Source of the DNA: Takakia lepidozioides
Lineage: Eukaryota; Plantae; Bryophyta
Length of the DNA: 64,000 bases
Assembly (NCBI GenBank): GCA_030704615.1
Contig: CM060733.1
Location: forward strand, 372,001-436,000
Direction: 5' to 3'
Below, piece by piece: positions 49,301-60,604 of this stretch. Position 1 is the stretch's first letter, and every line of letters begins with the position of its first letter. The translations under genes were made by a program, and so were the position numbers. The notes under the pieces are model-generated. The model saw nothing but the letters and a program-made list of their open reading frames with translations. It was not told the DNA's origin and did no database searches.

Positions 49301-52300
49301 ATATATTGAATTGTTCAGAATACTGACCTCTTCATCTTCTGCATGGTCAAAGACCACCGAGATCGCAGCTATAGCAGGACCTGAGATGATGGCAAACATG
49401 TCATGATCCAGCAGAGGTCGCGAATCACATGTGATATAGGTTGTGGTGGAACGAGACCGACGCATAAGGTCAACCCACCGACTATAGGTCATCTCTGCAA
49501 TGCCTGCCCCATTGTCATACGATATCCGGATTTCATTCCGCAAGATTGATTGGTAAAGTTCAGCCAGCATGTCACGAGGCAGATCCTGGCCGTCATTAAT
49601 CTTACGCAAATTCTTGATAAAATCTTCCTCTGTCATTTTACTTCGCACCTGTACACCATAATTTTGATGAGTTCAACATGGACAAAGTTAAGTCTGCCTC
49701 AGTGAGTACTCCAAAATCTCCTATGTTCCAACTTAGCGATCATGCACATGGATCTTGACATGCATAAGTCTCCTCATGGATAATGAAGACCATAAAACTT
49801 ACAATGACTTCAGCAGAGATAAACAGAGAATACCTGTACAACAGCCTCAACATGGCATATGGGCTACAATGCGGTAAGAACTTCCTCCAAGACTCTTGTC
49901 AGCAGGTTTCGACATCCACTGGTGAAGGAAGTTAGTACAGTGGCAGGATGCACGGTTAACAACGGTGGTATTGAATTGAGCATGGATGAACAAACCTGCA
50001 CGCTATGTAGATCAGTGTTGAGCATAATGACTGAATAGGACAGAACAAAGGCCACATCCTTATTGGCCAAAATTTGAGGAGACTGTTCGTAGTATCTCTC
50101 TGCAAAAGCCTCCAAAACTCGGTGAATCTTCTGAGCCTCCCCTGGCAACCGAAAACTCTCAAGAAACACGCGCAGTGCAGCATCCAGACTCATGTCACTG
50201 AAGTCAAACGTTTGTGCAAATTCTTCCAGCACCTTGAGACAAAACTCGTCGGGGTCCCCTAAAAAGTCTCCCAATAAATTCTTATCAAGGCCCGTTGTGT
50301 ACCTGAATGGAGAAATTCAACATTGTCAGACCATCTTAGCTATATGTGAACCATTGGTAGGACTTGTCCAATTTGAGATATCCACTGAATTCAGCCATTC
50401 CTTCAAATATGAGGAGGTTCAAAATGACACAATAAACTATCTTAAACTATCTTAAACTATCTTGCGAAAAGAAGAAATCTGTTCCTATATATAGATTTAA
50501 GGCACCTTTGAGCTTCAAGTTTACACACCTGAAGAAGCAAGCCACGCTTTGATGTTCAAGCTTTTCAGGTAGTAAGCGGATGCCCTGAAGGAACTCAAGC
50601 CCCTTTTTAGGGTCTCGGTTGAAGTGGTCTGCCCCAATCATCAAGCGACGCTTGATATACTTCTGATGCTGCACAAATTCAACCCAGTGTGTCGGGTCTT
50701 GATAGTCCTCACATGTCAACGTCCAGAATGGAACATATTCTTGATTGTCTGCTACAATGGGGCCTCCCAGCGAACTGGACGGCAGTGTAAGGGCTGCTGA
50801 ATCAACCCTGTTCGCCATACTGTGGATGACTGCAAGAAGTCCCTCTAGAGCTAAAACATGCATAGCCGATAATGGGCAATTAACGGGGAATGCGCTCTTG
50901 GATAGCAAGTTCCCCAAGTCTTCGAAAGTGTTACTCAATGTGATGGCGCAGTCAAAATTTGCATACATTTCAGGCATGAAAGTGGACTGGCGGCAAAAAT
51001 CAACAAGTGCCTCCATGGCCACTTCCTGCTGCTGGTATGAGGCACCAAACTTGCCCTGTGCAAGCCTGATCACAACAAAGGAGAAAAAGGCCTCCAACTG
51101 TAGCTTCAATGAGCTGCGCAGATGATGGTAGAGATTCAATACTATGCCACAAACCATAGAGAGAACTAAGGGGTTGTGTGAGAGCCCCATCTGCATCAAA
51201 TTGCGGAAAAGTTCATCTTGGACAAGAGCTAGTAGCTTCGGATGGCGCCCGAATGATTGGCCTCCAAGTTCAATTGAAGAATTGATAAGCCCTAAGGCAA
51301 AGAGTGGCACATCCTCATCGCTTGCTAATAGGCTATGGCCAGGGCCCATAGGGTCAACCACATTGAAAAGGGAACATAAGAAGTGAAAAATCTCCACAAT
51401 GCACGGCATGCCATATGGCTCAAATGTGAGAGGTTTCTCAGAGGGAGTCTCCCTACCATCAGCCTTCCCCTCCTCTTCCTTTCCTGAACGTGAGTCTCTT
51501 GTAAGTGGCCGCGGTGGTTTCTTGGGTGCTAGTCCATCTTCAGGTATCAACCTAGAGGTTTGCATCTCTGTCTCACTCGTTTTCCCATTCCCTCCAGCTC
51601 CTAACAAGTCCACATTGCCATTGCTGACATAGCTGCCATCAGCAGGCACATCATCAGCCAGTTGCCCGGGCGATTCCACAGAAGACTTTACCTGTAAAAC
51701 AGTTGATGAACCCATGACCCATTTAGCAACAAAATCTGTCACTTGATAATGCACAATTTCAAGCATACTATATAACCTTTGAGAAAAACCTTGAAGAGGC
51801 ACAGGTTGACTTGACTGCTCAATGGGGAAGATCATTCACCAAGGGGGCAAGGGCGGGGCAAGAGAGAGAGAGAAAGATCCGTACATAAGTGGTGCCATTA
51901 TTGGATGCAGTCTCAAGGCTGCTGCTGGGCAAAGCAGGGAGAGGGGTGGTTGGCTCAAGAGAGGAGAGCCGAGAGAAGATGGTGCGGACAAGCTCATGCA
52001 TTGTGTGGCGTGCTGTGCGCTGCAAGAGCTCGCCCTTGCTGCCTGCCTGATGGACTACCCGAAAACACGTATTGACCACATTGCATACGTCGCGATTGCT
52101 TAAAACTGCGCCTGCCCCACTCTTCATGCATGCAAGCAGCACCTGCACTCACAAGAACTCAATTTCAAAGATTGAGCAAAAAGGTTGGGCGATTGCTTAT
52201 CAACTTTTGAAGGACTGAAAGACCACATGGACAGATGGACAGCCTGTATACAATTTTTCTTCGCCTTGGTAAGGTAAACATACTGCAGTACTTCAAACTT

Positions 52301-53123
52301 GGCTTCATGGTCATATAGCAGTCAATACCTTCCGATCAATCCACATAATAGCTTATAATACTAGAATTTAAGCTGGAAGCTTATGTCCATTTCAGAGCTG
52401 ACCTTGCTCACCTAATCACTCTCGTTAGGACCACTAATATCCAGTCACGCTCATCACTACATCCTATCACATAGTGTGGATTGATAAGGAGGACCATACA
52501 GTAAGATCCTTCAAGAGATTTGTTCCGTTTCTGATCATTGCAAACAATGGGGGTTTTCTTCGTATCAATTCTCACAGTGTGTTCGTCCACATAGTTCTGC
52601 AAATATGTCCCTACGTGCTGAAATGAGAACCAACCTGCAAAATCTTCATAAGCACCACCTCCTCGGATGCCGGATCCGTGACCTCAAACCGACAACTGGT
52701 CACGGCGTCGACAATTGCGTGCATAGCATCATCCACATTGGCTGTTTTCACATCAAAAACCTCCAAGGTCAAAATCTTATAGACAGCTGACAGCGCCACG
52801 CCCGTGATCTGCGCGCCTGTCTCATCAGATCGAATTACCTCAAGAAACGGGGAGAGATACAGAGAAGGATTGATGCTTTGCCAGGGCTGCTGCCAACTAA
52901 ATACCCGACGGCGCAGGCCCTTCAGAGATCGAATGAGAGGATGCTCCAACTGATCATCACTTGCCATGTAGCGGCCGGCCCAGCGCGCATTACGGCGCAT
53001 GACTGCTAGAACTGAGCTCACCTCCGCGTTCACCATACACGCCAATGCACCCCCGCTCCTCCTCGCCTTGCCCCCCCCAGGTGCATCCATGCTGGCGCTA
53101 GGGTTCGGGGTGGCTCGACCCAT
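46380..53123 (-). CDS. GNOM: ARF guanine-nucleotide exchange factor, GNOM/GNL (GBF1 class), 8 exons, 1529 aa
   Basis: Exons 53123-52635, 52142-51885, 51691-50529, 50302-49996, 49648-49328, 49060-48727, 48316-47184 and 46964-46380, all GT-AG. Total 4590 nt, in frame. DCB (VLAVMRRN, CRFEVTD), HUS (YANFDC), Sec7 with FRLPGEAQKI and IMLNTD, HDS domains. Confidence 0.97.
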
Positions 53124-55565
53124 GGCCTTCCTAATCACTCCACCTCTTCTGCTTCACCACAACTCCCATCCTCCCTCTTCCACAAAGGGCACATTTCCCT
53201 TCCACGCTGCTGCCCATTGTCTGTCATCGCAACCTCGCAGCAGCCCTCAAGCTCTCGTCGTCGTCTTCCTCCCTCGCTCCCCCCTGCCACGGTCCACCCA
53301 AAGTTGAAGTTCCAGTGTTTTATGTCTGGCGAAATTTCGCTCAAAACAACAAATCGAATATTCTGTCGTAAATTCCCTATTTTCTCATGGATGAAATCGC
53401 CAAAATTTCCAAACAAAAATAAATCTTGGATGACTTCGCCTAATATGGATGATATACATGGATGACAGTGCAGAGGAGGATGATTCTGTCCAAATTTCAG
53501 TGGATGAACAGAAAATATGGCTATTTCCTGCAAAATTCAGTATCCACTCCTGTTATTTTCCAAATGTTTTAGAAAAAACTGCGTCCCAAACCCTCCGTCA
53601 CCCCTATTTTGCTTGATGCCCTCCATGGCATGCATCATGGATGGATGTCGTAGGTACTTTGCGAGCAGGCGGCCCGGGGTTCAAATCTACACAGGCCTGT
53701 CATGCTTGCGAAATTGGGTCAAGAATCCAGACTTTGCTATGGCTCCATTTCAGTGTGGCTCACTGTTTCTCGAAGGAGAGGGGACTGGGTCTCGGCTAAA
53801 TCCATGAAAACATTTGAGATTGTTTTGCATGGTGGGAATGTAGTTCTAGATTTGAGGTAAATCTTTTTGCGTCGTCCAAAACTATCAAAGCCCCAATAAA
53901 CAAAAATAAAACAACAATTAAACACATTGTGCCTTGTTGAATTTAATACTTGTCCATATTTGAATATTAGTGCATATATATGTAATTGGTAGAGGGCTGG
54001 GACAGATCTATTCCTCAATTTTACATGCAATGTAAATGACATTATATATGTGGAATATTCATAGGTCTTATATAAAGAGTATCACATCGATAAAGTCAGT
54101 AGTTGATGTAGTATTATTGCCTTTGTGATCAACAATTCTCACTAGTTTGTTTTGTCAAACAATTTATTGGAAAAAAAATTCAACTTTGCCACTTAAGTTT
54201 GGGACAAATTTTGCGAATTCTTGAAAGATCATTTTTATGTGATGGCTGCAACCCCAATGTAATTGAAATTCTAAGAGAGACTCATTGAAAGAGTAAGTAG
54301 TGAAGAGACACGTCGCCGAAGAACTTTAAACACGATGGAGAACTCAATATGCATAACGATTTTATCAATACATTGGAACCAGTCCGGCTTAGAGGAATTG
54401 TGAAGGATGCTAGAGCATGTGTTGTTCACATCCTTAAGAAGCGTTTCAGATAAGTATTTCCATCTCAAAGGTTTTGATCATTCATTGTTTTCTTCTTCTT
54501 TTGTACAAATTGGTGTTCTTGTCATGGTTTTAGTCATGGTTAACTAGAATTACCTACTTCTAGTTAACTATGACATTTTGGATATTTATATGTGCAGTTT
54601 GTGTGTTGGGACTTCATTTGGTTTCATAAGAAGTGGTTGTTCTGTCCATCGTGAAATGAAGCCAAGTGGGGTTTCATTTGGTTGACAAACAAGCAAGCTA
54701 AGGCGACGCTAGAAGGTAGTGTTTTTGCTAGTTCTATGAGTTCTTGGATTGCTCTTGGTGAAGCAAGTGATTGACCAAGCAAGTGGCACATGTGTGGAGC
54801 ATGCTTTCCAAGTGTGGTTTCCAATTCAAGCTTGAGGAGAGCTAGAAGGTGAAGTGAGCAAGTTCATTCTTTGTGTATGAAGTGGTGCATGTTGTGGAAG
54901 AAAAGTCAAGGAGTTACATAGGCTAGCGTTTGAAGACAACAAAAGCAACCACTTGGAGAGCATCAAGAAGCTCAAGATGACTCCAAAGGGAAGCATGTGG
55001 GTGAGAATTCTATCCATGATGATGTGAAACCAAGCCTAGAGTATTGAAGAGCTTGGAACACATTTGGGAGATCATTGGAGGTGGTCTTCATGAAGAAAGG
55101 AAATTGTGGCTCACGACATGCATAGCACCTTCAACCATACATTAGCATGTGACAAGACAAGGAAGGGGAAGGTGAAGCTCATGTATTCATTCCCTTTTTG
55201 CTTAAGTTTTGTGGTGGATCGTTGATCAAGCAAGTGATGGTGGAACATGCTCTTTAGGGCTTGTGACTTCAAGTTTGAGAAGATGAGCTCTTGAATAGAG
55301 GTGTGGATACACATTATGATGAATGAAGACAACACCTAGGTCAAGAGGTGGAAGTGTCTGTGACTAGCCCATGCAAGGAAAAGCACATGGAAGATGGCAT
55401 ACAAAATTCAAATTCAAGCAAGGCTTGGCGCTTGTCATTGGGCACATTAGTTTGCTATGAGTTCCAAGGAGATCAAGATTTGGGATGAATGCATTGCAAA
55501 GTAAGATAATGCAATCTTACATGCATGTTAGGGGAGAAGATACCATGAAGAAGGTGTTTCTTACT

Positions 55566-55731
55566 ATACTCTACAAACCCTAGTCTCCATACTCTTCAAG
55601 AAACTGTGTATGGGTTCCCTCTGCCCCACCATACACTTTTGTGAGCAAAGTATGGATACAAGTGGAGAGACTTTGCCTACCATACGTTTTCATTAAAAGT
55701 GTATGACATCTAGGGTGTATCCGGAGGAGTA
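55566..55731. repeat. Small foldback element with three internal CCATAC...GTATG(G) palindromes
   Basis: Outer inverted repeat tactc..tacaaaccctag / ctagggtgta..gagta. Inner units ccatactcttcaagaaactgtgtatgg, ccatacacttttgtgagcaaagtatgg and ccatacgttttcattaaaagtgtatg. Confidence 0.6.
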
Positions 55732-56559
55732 TTGCCTTTGGAGGATCTTTGGGGGGTCCTTTGAGGAGCTTTTGTAAGACACTTGAAGAGCACTTGAAGG
55801 GGTGTTTGGAGGACTGTTTGGAGGACTATTGGGGTCCTTGGAGACCAATATTTGGCGAGCTTAAGGAGACTTTGGCGACTTGTTTGAAGGACTATTTGGG
55901 GTTCTTAAGGGCCAAGATTTGGCAGGCTCTTGGGGCCTTGGTGGACTATTTGGAGTCCAATTGTACAGGCTTTGGGGGCTTTAGTGAGATTGTTTGAGAG
56001 ACATCTTGAGGGCTCTTGGAGAGTTATTTGAGAGATCCTGGAAGGTAGTCCTGTCTATTGGTCATAGCAAGAGCGTTTAGAGATTGGGGGAGACTAGTGG
56101 GATGAGAGCATTTTGGGATTAGGAATTGTTTTAGTCTCTCTTCCCGGTAGTCAGCCTCTTTGTAGGCCAAAACCTTTCCGTAGGTGGAGGCAAAAGACAG
56201 TCCGGGTTTGGGCTGGGGTGTCCTTGCAGGAGCGACACTGTGGAGTGTTTTTTTTGGTGTGGGGGAGTTACTGTCTTGATTTTCTTGTGTTTGGATTCCC
56301 CCCCACACCTGCATGCTTGACTATGTACCATGTCAGTTTTGTGTGGGCGCTTGTTTTCATAGGAGGTTGGTCCCGATTTGATCACCGGCCAATCCTAGAG
56401 CGTGCTGTCGGTGGTGAGGCTAGGGTGATGACCAGTCAGACCATCATTGTTTCTCTTATGGTGAGGCTGGGTTGATGACCAGCAAAGCATATGAGTGCTT
56501 GCGGTGCAGGGTCTGCCATGGGTGTTTGCACCCTATGATCTTGTGCTCGCCCCCACTCA

Positions 56560-57610
56560 TTGCCTCCACCGTCCCGGTTGGCAGAGATGGTGCAATATCC
56601 AATGGAAGTGCAGAAGTAGCCACCAATGTTTGCAATCTCCGTTGCTCAGCCATGCACAAGCCAATGACCCATGTCAAGCAATTGAGATCCATTGCCTGAC
56701 CCAACACCTGGCGTCGTGTTGCCTCTGACAAAGTTGGCACAACTATAGTGCACATGGCAAATCCCATTGCCCGCTATCGCTCATCCGCATTGGGCTCCAC
56801 CAATTGCTATAGCACACTGTCCCAAATCAACCCAGGACCATTGTCTCGAAAAACATGAGACGAGGGAAAGCTCATGAGCGTAGGCAAGGCTGCACGTGGC
56901 TGCCCCACTCGATTTACCACTGCTAGATGTGGATGGTCATCATGTCGCACCCTCTGTGGTTGCCTCCCTTGGTCCAAAATGCCCTCAATTGTGAGATTGG
57001 GTGGCCGTTCAATGGAATCGTATGCTCTCTTGAGCAGCTCTGGTGGTGAAAGATTGGTCCACCACAATCGAGGTCGATGCACTCGTGATCCCACGCTGTT
57101 GCATCCAATAGCACTGTCGATCCAATCCAAGACCGCACGTGATGTACACTGGCCATAACCCTGGCCCGAGAGTCCCCCATAAGAGAAACATTCTCCAAGA
57201 CATATGCTAGAGGTTGCACTTGCCCCGTCTGCAAGTCACGCAACACTCTCAACATCTCCCAAAACAAATGTGATCGTGCATCATGCAAGCCATTCCCATG
57301 ACATGTGGGAGAGTGTCCTTGGCAATGTCATCCAGCTATCACCAAGTCAATGGCATCATGCCGGTCCAAATCATCCGCCCCTAGCAAGGTAATATCTGTT
57401 GGCAAGGCCTTTTGATACCCTTGAATTGCTGAGAGAGGCAACAATTCAGGATACCGGTGTGTGAGCAAGGCGATGTGGCGCATAGAAATACGCCGAGCTA
57501 TCTCATCCTTCTCCACATACAAGTACTTGCGTACTTTAATCTTTGCTTGCAACACTCATCCTGCAAGCCCAATGCTCATGCCTCCAAACATATCTAGCAA
57601 ACAAATCCCT
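56560..57610 (-). pseudogene. C5-cytosine DNA methyltransferase domain (DNMT3-like, non-permuted) inside the retrotransposon polyprotein
   Basis: Motif I LLDMFGGMSIG, II YVEKD, III TDI, IV LVIAG*HCQG (decayed GWPCQG), LFWEMLRVL, VI YVLENV, VIII HRPRLWWTN, IX ER*RAMGF, X RRQVLGQAMD. Same frame as the upstream protease ORF through motif VI. Several stops and one frameshift (~57095). Confidence 0.92.
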
Positions 57611-57654
57611 GAGTCAAGTGGTTGCCAGGTAATGGGCATTGTGTCCAAAGGAGC

Positions 57655-59028
57655 TCAATGAGGAGGTCCCGGTGATGTCACTGAACTCCCTTCACTCACC
57701 AATGGATAGGCCTCCTGCCATGCTTGGTGCACACACTCGCCTGCTACTCGATGCAAATTCCCAACTGTACCCCACAGTGGAATATGAACAGGCACATGAG
57801 GAAGCAAATCAGCCTTGTATGCCAATTGTTTGTACTCATCAGGTGGTGGCCTATCATCTGCATGGCTATTGCCCTCCAAGAGCTTACCACCCCAAGCCAC
57901 CACCCCTGAGAATGCAGCCAATGTGGGCATCATGTTTCTATGATCCACCGCTATATTTCCAATAAACCGCACTGGGAGTAGTGCATGTCGACCATCCCTT
58001 GACTGCCATTCCGGCCTGTAGGATGCCGTTTCCTCCCAAAAGTCCAAAGTAAAGCCCATCGGGTATAACACAACCCCACCAACAAGCACATCATAAGACA
58101 TCGCGTCCGTAACAATGGCTTTAGCTCTCATAATAGAGCCATCTGTAGGATGATCTGGCTGCAATCGAATGAAGAGCTCATGGCGTGTAATCCCTCGTGC
58201 CTTCTCTGAACCGCCCAAAGATGTTTGAATTTGGAAAGGGCAAGGGTCCAAATCCGCCTTTGTAAGGCCCAAGCCTGCAATTGCTGCTCTCCCCAACATC
58301 AATGGCTGTGCTCTCGAGTCCAACAAGATCCGCAGTGGCCTATACCTCCTCCCGGTTGGGCCACCCAATTGAAACACTCCATCCTGATTGTCCACCAGGA
58401 CTACCCCAGGAGTCAACATGCTGCGCTCAATGGCTGGCCTAGCTGGCAACTCCTGCAACCTTGCAGCTGCCGCTTGCCATGGCGCAGCTGTGGCTGACTT
58501 CACCCTTGAATCCAAAGCATCCATAGACTGTACCTTATTTGCTATCTCTGTAGATAGTGCCGATGCATCACCACTCTCACAGAGTTTAGCTACTAGTCTA
58601 AACACAACAGCTGGCCGTATCCCCGGCATTGCAATGGTCATTGCAAAAAACAATGGAGCTTGGCAAACCGCCGTAGCCGCCCCCAACAATGTATTGGCTG
58701 CACCTTGTTTTCCAGTATCATCCACTGGCATCCCCCGAGCCATGTCAACTCTCCCTAATGACACTCGTGGCTCTACCTTTGACACACTTGGGCGAGCGGG
58801 TGCCATCGATGACATAGTTGGCACTGTCTCAGCCAATGTGAAAGACTGTGGAAGCCTTGTCTGCCAATTTGCTTCCCCTTTTTGTGGATCAAGATCCACA
58901 TCCGCTCCTCTTGGCTCAGGAGCACATGTTGCTGCTCGAGTGACAGCAGCTGCAGAGTCCACATGCAATGGTCCTGCAAGTGAGGCTCCACACATGAAGC
59001 CCATACCAATCTGGTCTTCACTAGGCAT
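57655..59028 (-). CDS. Retrotransposon aspartic protease region of the DNMT element
   Basis: ILLDSRAQP (decayed DSG active site) and YDVLVGG...L.PMGF.LDFW flap/C-terminal motif. Confidence 0.8.
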   Translation of the reverse strand: MPSEDQIGMGFMCGASLAGPLHVDSAAAVTRAATCAPEPRGADVDLDPQKGEANWQTRLPQSFTLAETVPTMSSMAPARPSVSKVEPRVSLGRVDMARGMPVDDTGKQGAANTLLGAATAVCQAPLFFAMTIAMPGIRPAVVFRLVAKLCESGDASALSTEIANKVQSMDALDSRVKSATAAPWQAAAARLQELPARPAIERSMLTPGVVLVDNQDGVFQLGGPTGRRYRPLRILLDSRAQPLMLGRAAIAGLGLTKADLDPCPFQIQTSLGGSEKARGITRHELFIRLQPDHPTDGSIMRAKAIVTDAMSYDVLVGGVVLYPMGFTLDFWEETASYRPEWQSRDGRHALLPVRFIGNIAVDHRNMMPTLAAFSGVVAWGGKLLEGNSHADDRPPPDEYKQLAYKADLLPHVPVHIPLWGTVGNLHRVAGECVHQAWQEAYPLVSEGSSVTSPGPPH

Positions 59029-59289
59029 AGGAGGTTATGCGGGTGCGGCTTGAACCTCAAGCCTTGGAACTGGCGCAACATGAGTAGTGGCCATGGCAGC
59101 AAGACATTGCTCTAGCTGGGCAAGTCTATCCACCATGCCTTGGTCATGACTTTGACCCTGACCCTGTGCTCCTTGGTTTTGGTTACGTCCTCCACCCCGA
59201 CCTCTGCCTCATCTACCTCTCTGGACTACATTGTCTAGTCATCCTCGGCCACCATTGTTCCCTTGGAACTGGCCTGGGCGTAGCTCAGG

Positions 59290-60250
59290 ATGCAAGCCAT
59301 AACAATGGGCCTCCTCATGCCCATACTTTCCACAATGCCCACACTGTAGTTGTGTAGGCTGTGCCTATGCCGGCCCTTTGCCTCTCTCCGGGCAATCCTT
59401 CTTGACATGGGGTCCTCCACAATTCCAACATGACACACTCGTTTGTTGCTCACCTGAGAATGAAGGGAGAGACCTCTGAATCTAAGATCCTCTATGGCCT
59501 TCTCTAGGCTTTATCTGAGCCCCCTTGTTGCCTTGAGCACGTTGGGGAGTTGGTTGTTGTTGGCTAGGAACCCCACTTCGTTGTGTCTCCTTGCCAAATC
59601 CCACCATGACCACTCGCTCCTCCACCATATTGAGTTCTATCCGCTCTGCCAACAAAAACATGTTTGCTAAGGTGGGTTGGGCCACTTGTAGGAGAGTTGC
59701 ATCCCGCACCCTTCTCCTCAGCTCCTTGTCCAATATCCCATACCAGAATTGGACTGCTTGAGCTTCCATAACCCCTTGGGTTAGATTTATCAATCGCCTC
59801 ATGCGCGTGTAAGCCTCCTTCAAACTCTCAGTAGACCTTCGTTGGAGTTCTTGCAAGCTTCGCAACTTCTATGTCCTTATCCCTTGGTAGTTTCTCCTCA
59901 ACTCCTCGAAAAACTCCACAACTGGTTGGAGATGTTTGTGTAGCTGCTGGTGTCGCCGCTGCCCTTGTGCCTCTAGTGATGGAGACATAATTAGGTGACA
60001 ATTACTCTCGCCACTCCTCAATCTCCACCGCATGTCCCCGTCTAAATTCATGGTAATCATCCATGGGCGGCCCCTCAAGGTGCTGGAATAGCCCCTTCCA
60101 CGCCATAAAGGGCGTAAACAGTTGTGGATTGCACATTTGCTGCAAATCACACCAACTGTCAAACTCTTGTATGAAGTCATCAAGCTCGATGGTGCCCACA
60201 GCTCCAGAGTACCTACGTGGCCCCTTGGTAGCTCCATACATCTCCTCCAT
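59290..60250 (-). pseudogene. gag: gag of the DNMT element
   Basis: YSG...LDDFIQEFDSWC...LEGP and LQELQRRSTESLKEAYTRMRRL...FWYGI gag core. Knuckles CWNCGGPHVKKDC and CGHCGKYGHEEAHC read by hand at ~59430-59320. Confidence 0.82.
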
Positions 60251-60252
60251 CG

Positions 60253-60556
60253 TGTCCCACAATAATGACACGGAAATGGCTTGCACTCTCGGCGAGAATC
60301 CTCTGGCTCCGAGTCTGAACCTTAATCATAAGACACTGAAGGTGAAGGTGGCCTAAACCATACACCTCGTCTTGTGTACCCACTAGTATCACTGGTGCTC
60401 GTACCGGCACTCCCCTCAGCAACTGGTGGTACCTCCGTGATGAAAACTCACAACCCAACCGGTTGTCAACCTGTCTCTAATCCCCACTTTCTACAAGGTA
60501 ACCGGGTAGAGAACCTATTGCGGCCTATGGCTTAGACTAGTACTACGTTCGTAACA
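60253..60556 (-). repeat. Candidate 5' LTR of the DNMT element (~304 bp)
   Basis: The minus strand starts TGTTACGAAC (60556) and ends GTGGGACA (60253) just before the gag ATG. No second copy in the window and no tRNA PBS recognised. Confidence 0.4.
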
Positions 60557-60604
60557 TAAATCTACACCTGCACCTGCATCCACCGCAAGCACTCATATGG
60601 GTGT

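Noticed and set aside
50435-50463. 10-bp triplication (aactatctta) in a GNOM intron
   Set aside because: An ordinary slippage duplication.
54600-55550. Possible solo LTR
   Set aside because: The composition is LTR-like, but no clear TG...CA ends, TSD or second copy could be identified.
56560-57610. Host DRM, CMT or MET1 gene
   Set aside because: The motif order is not permuted, there are no BAH, chromo or UBA domains and no introns, and it is in frame with a retrotransposon protease.
58388-59053. 221-aa plus-strand ORF and similar antisense ORFs over PPR, GNOM and gypsy genes
   Set aside because: They are shadows of coding sequence on the opposite strand and have no motifs of their own.
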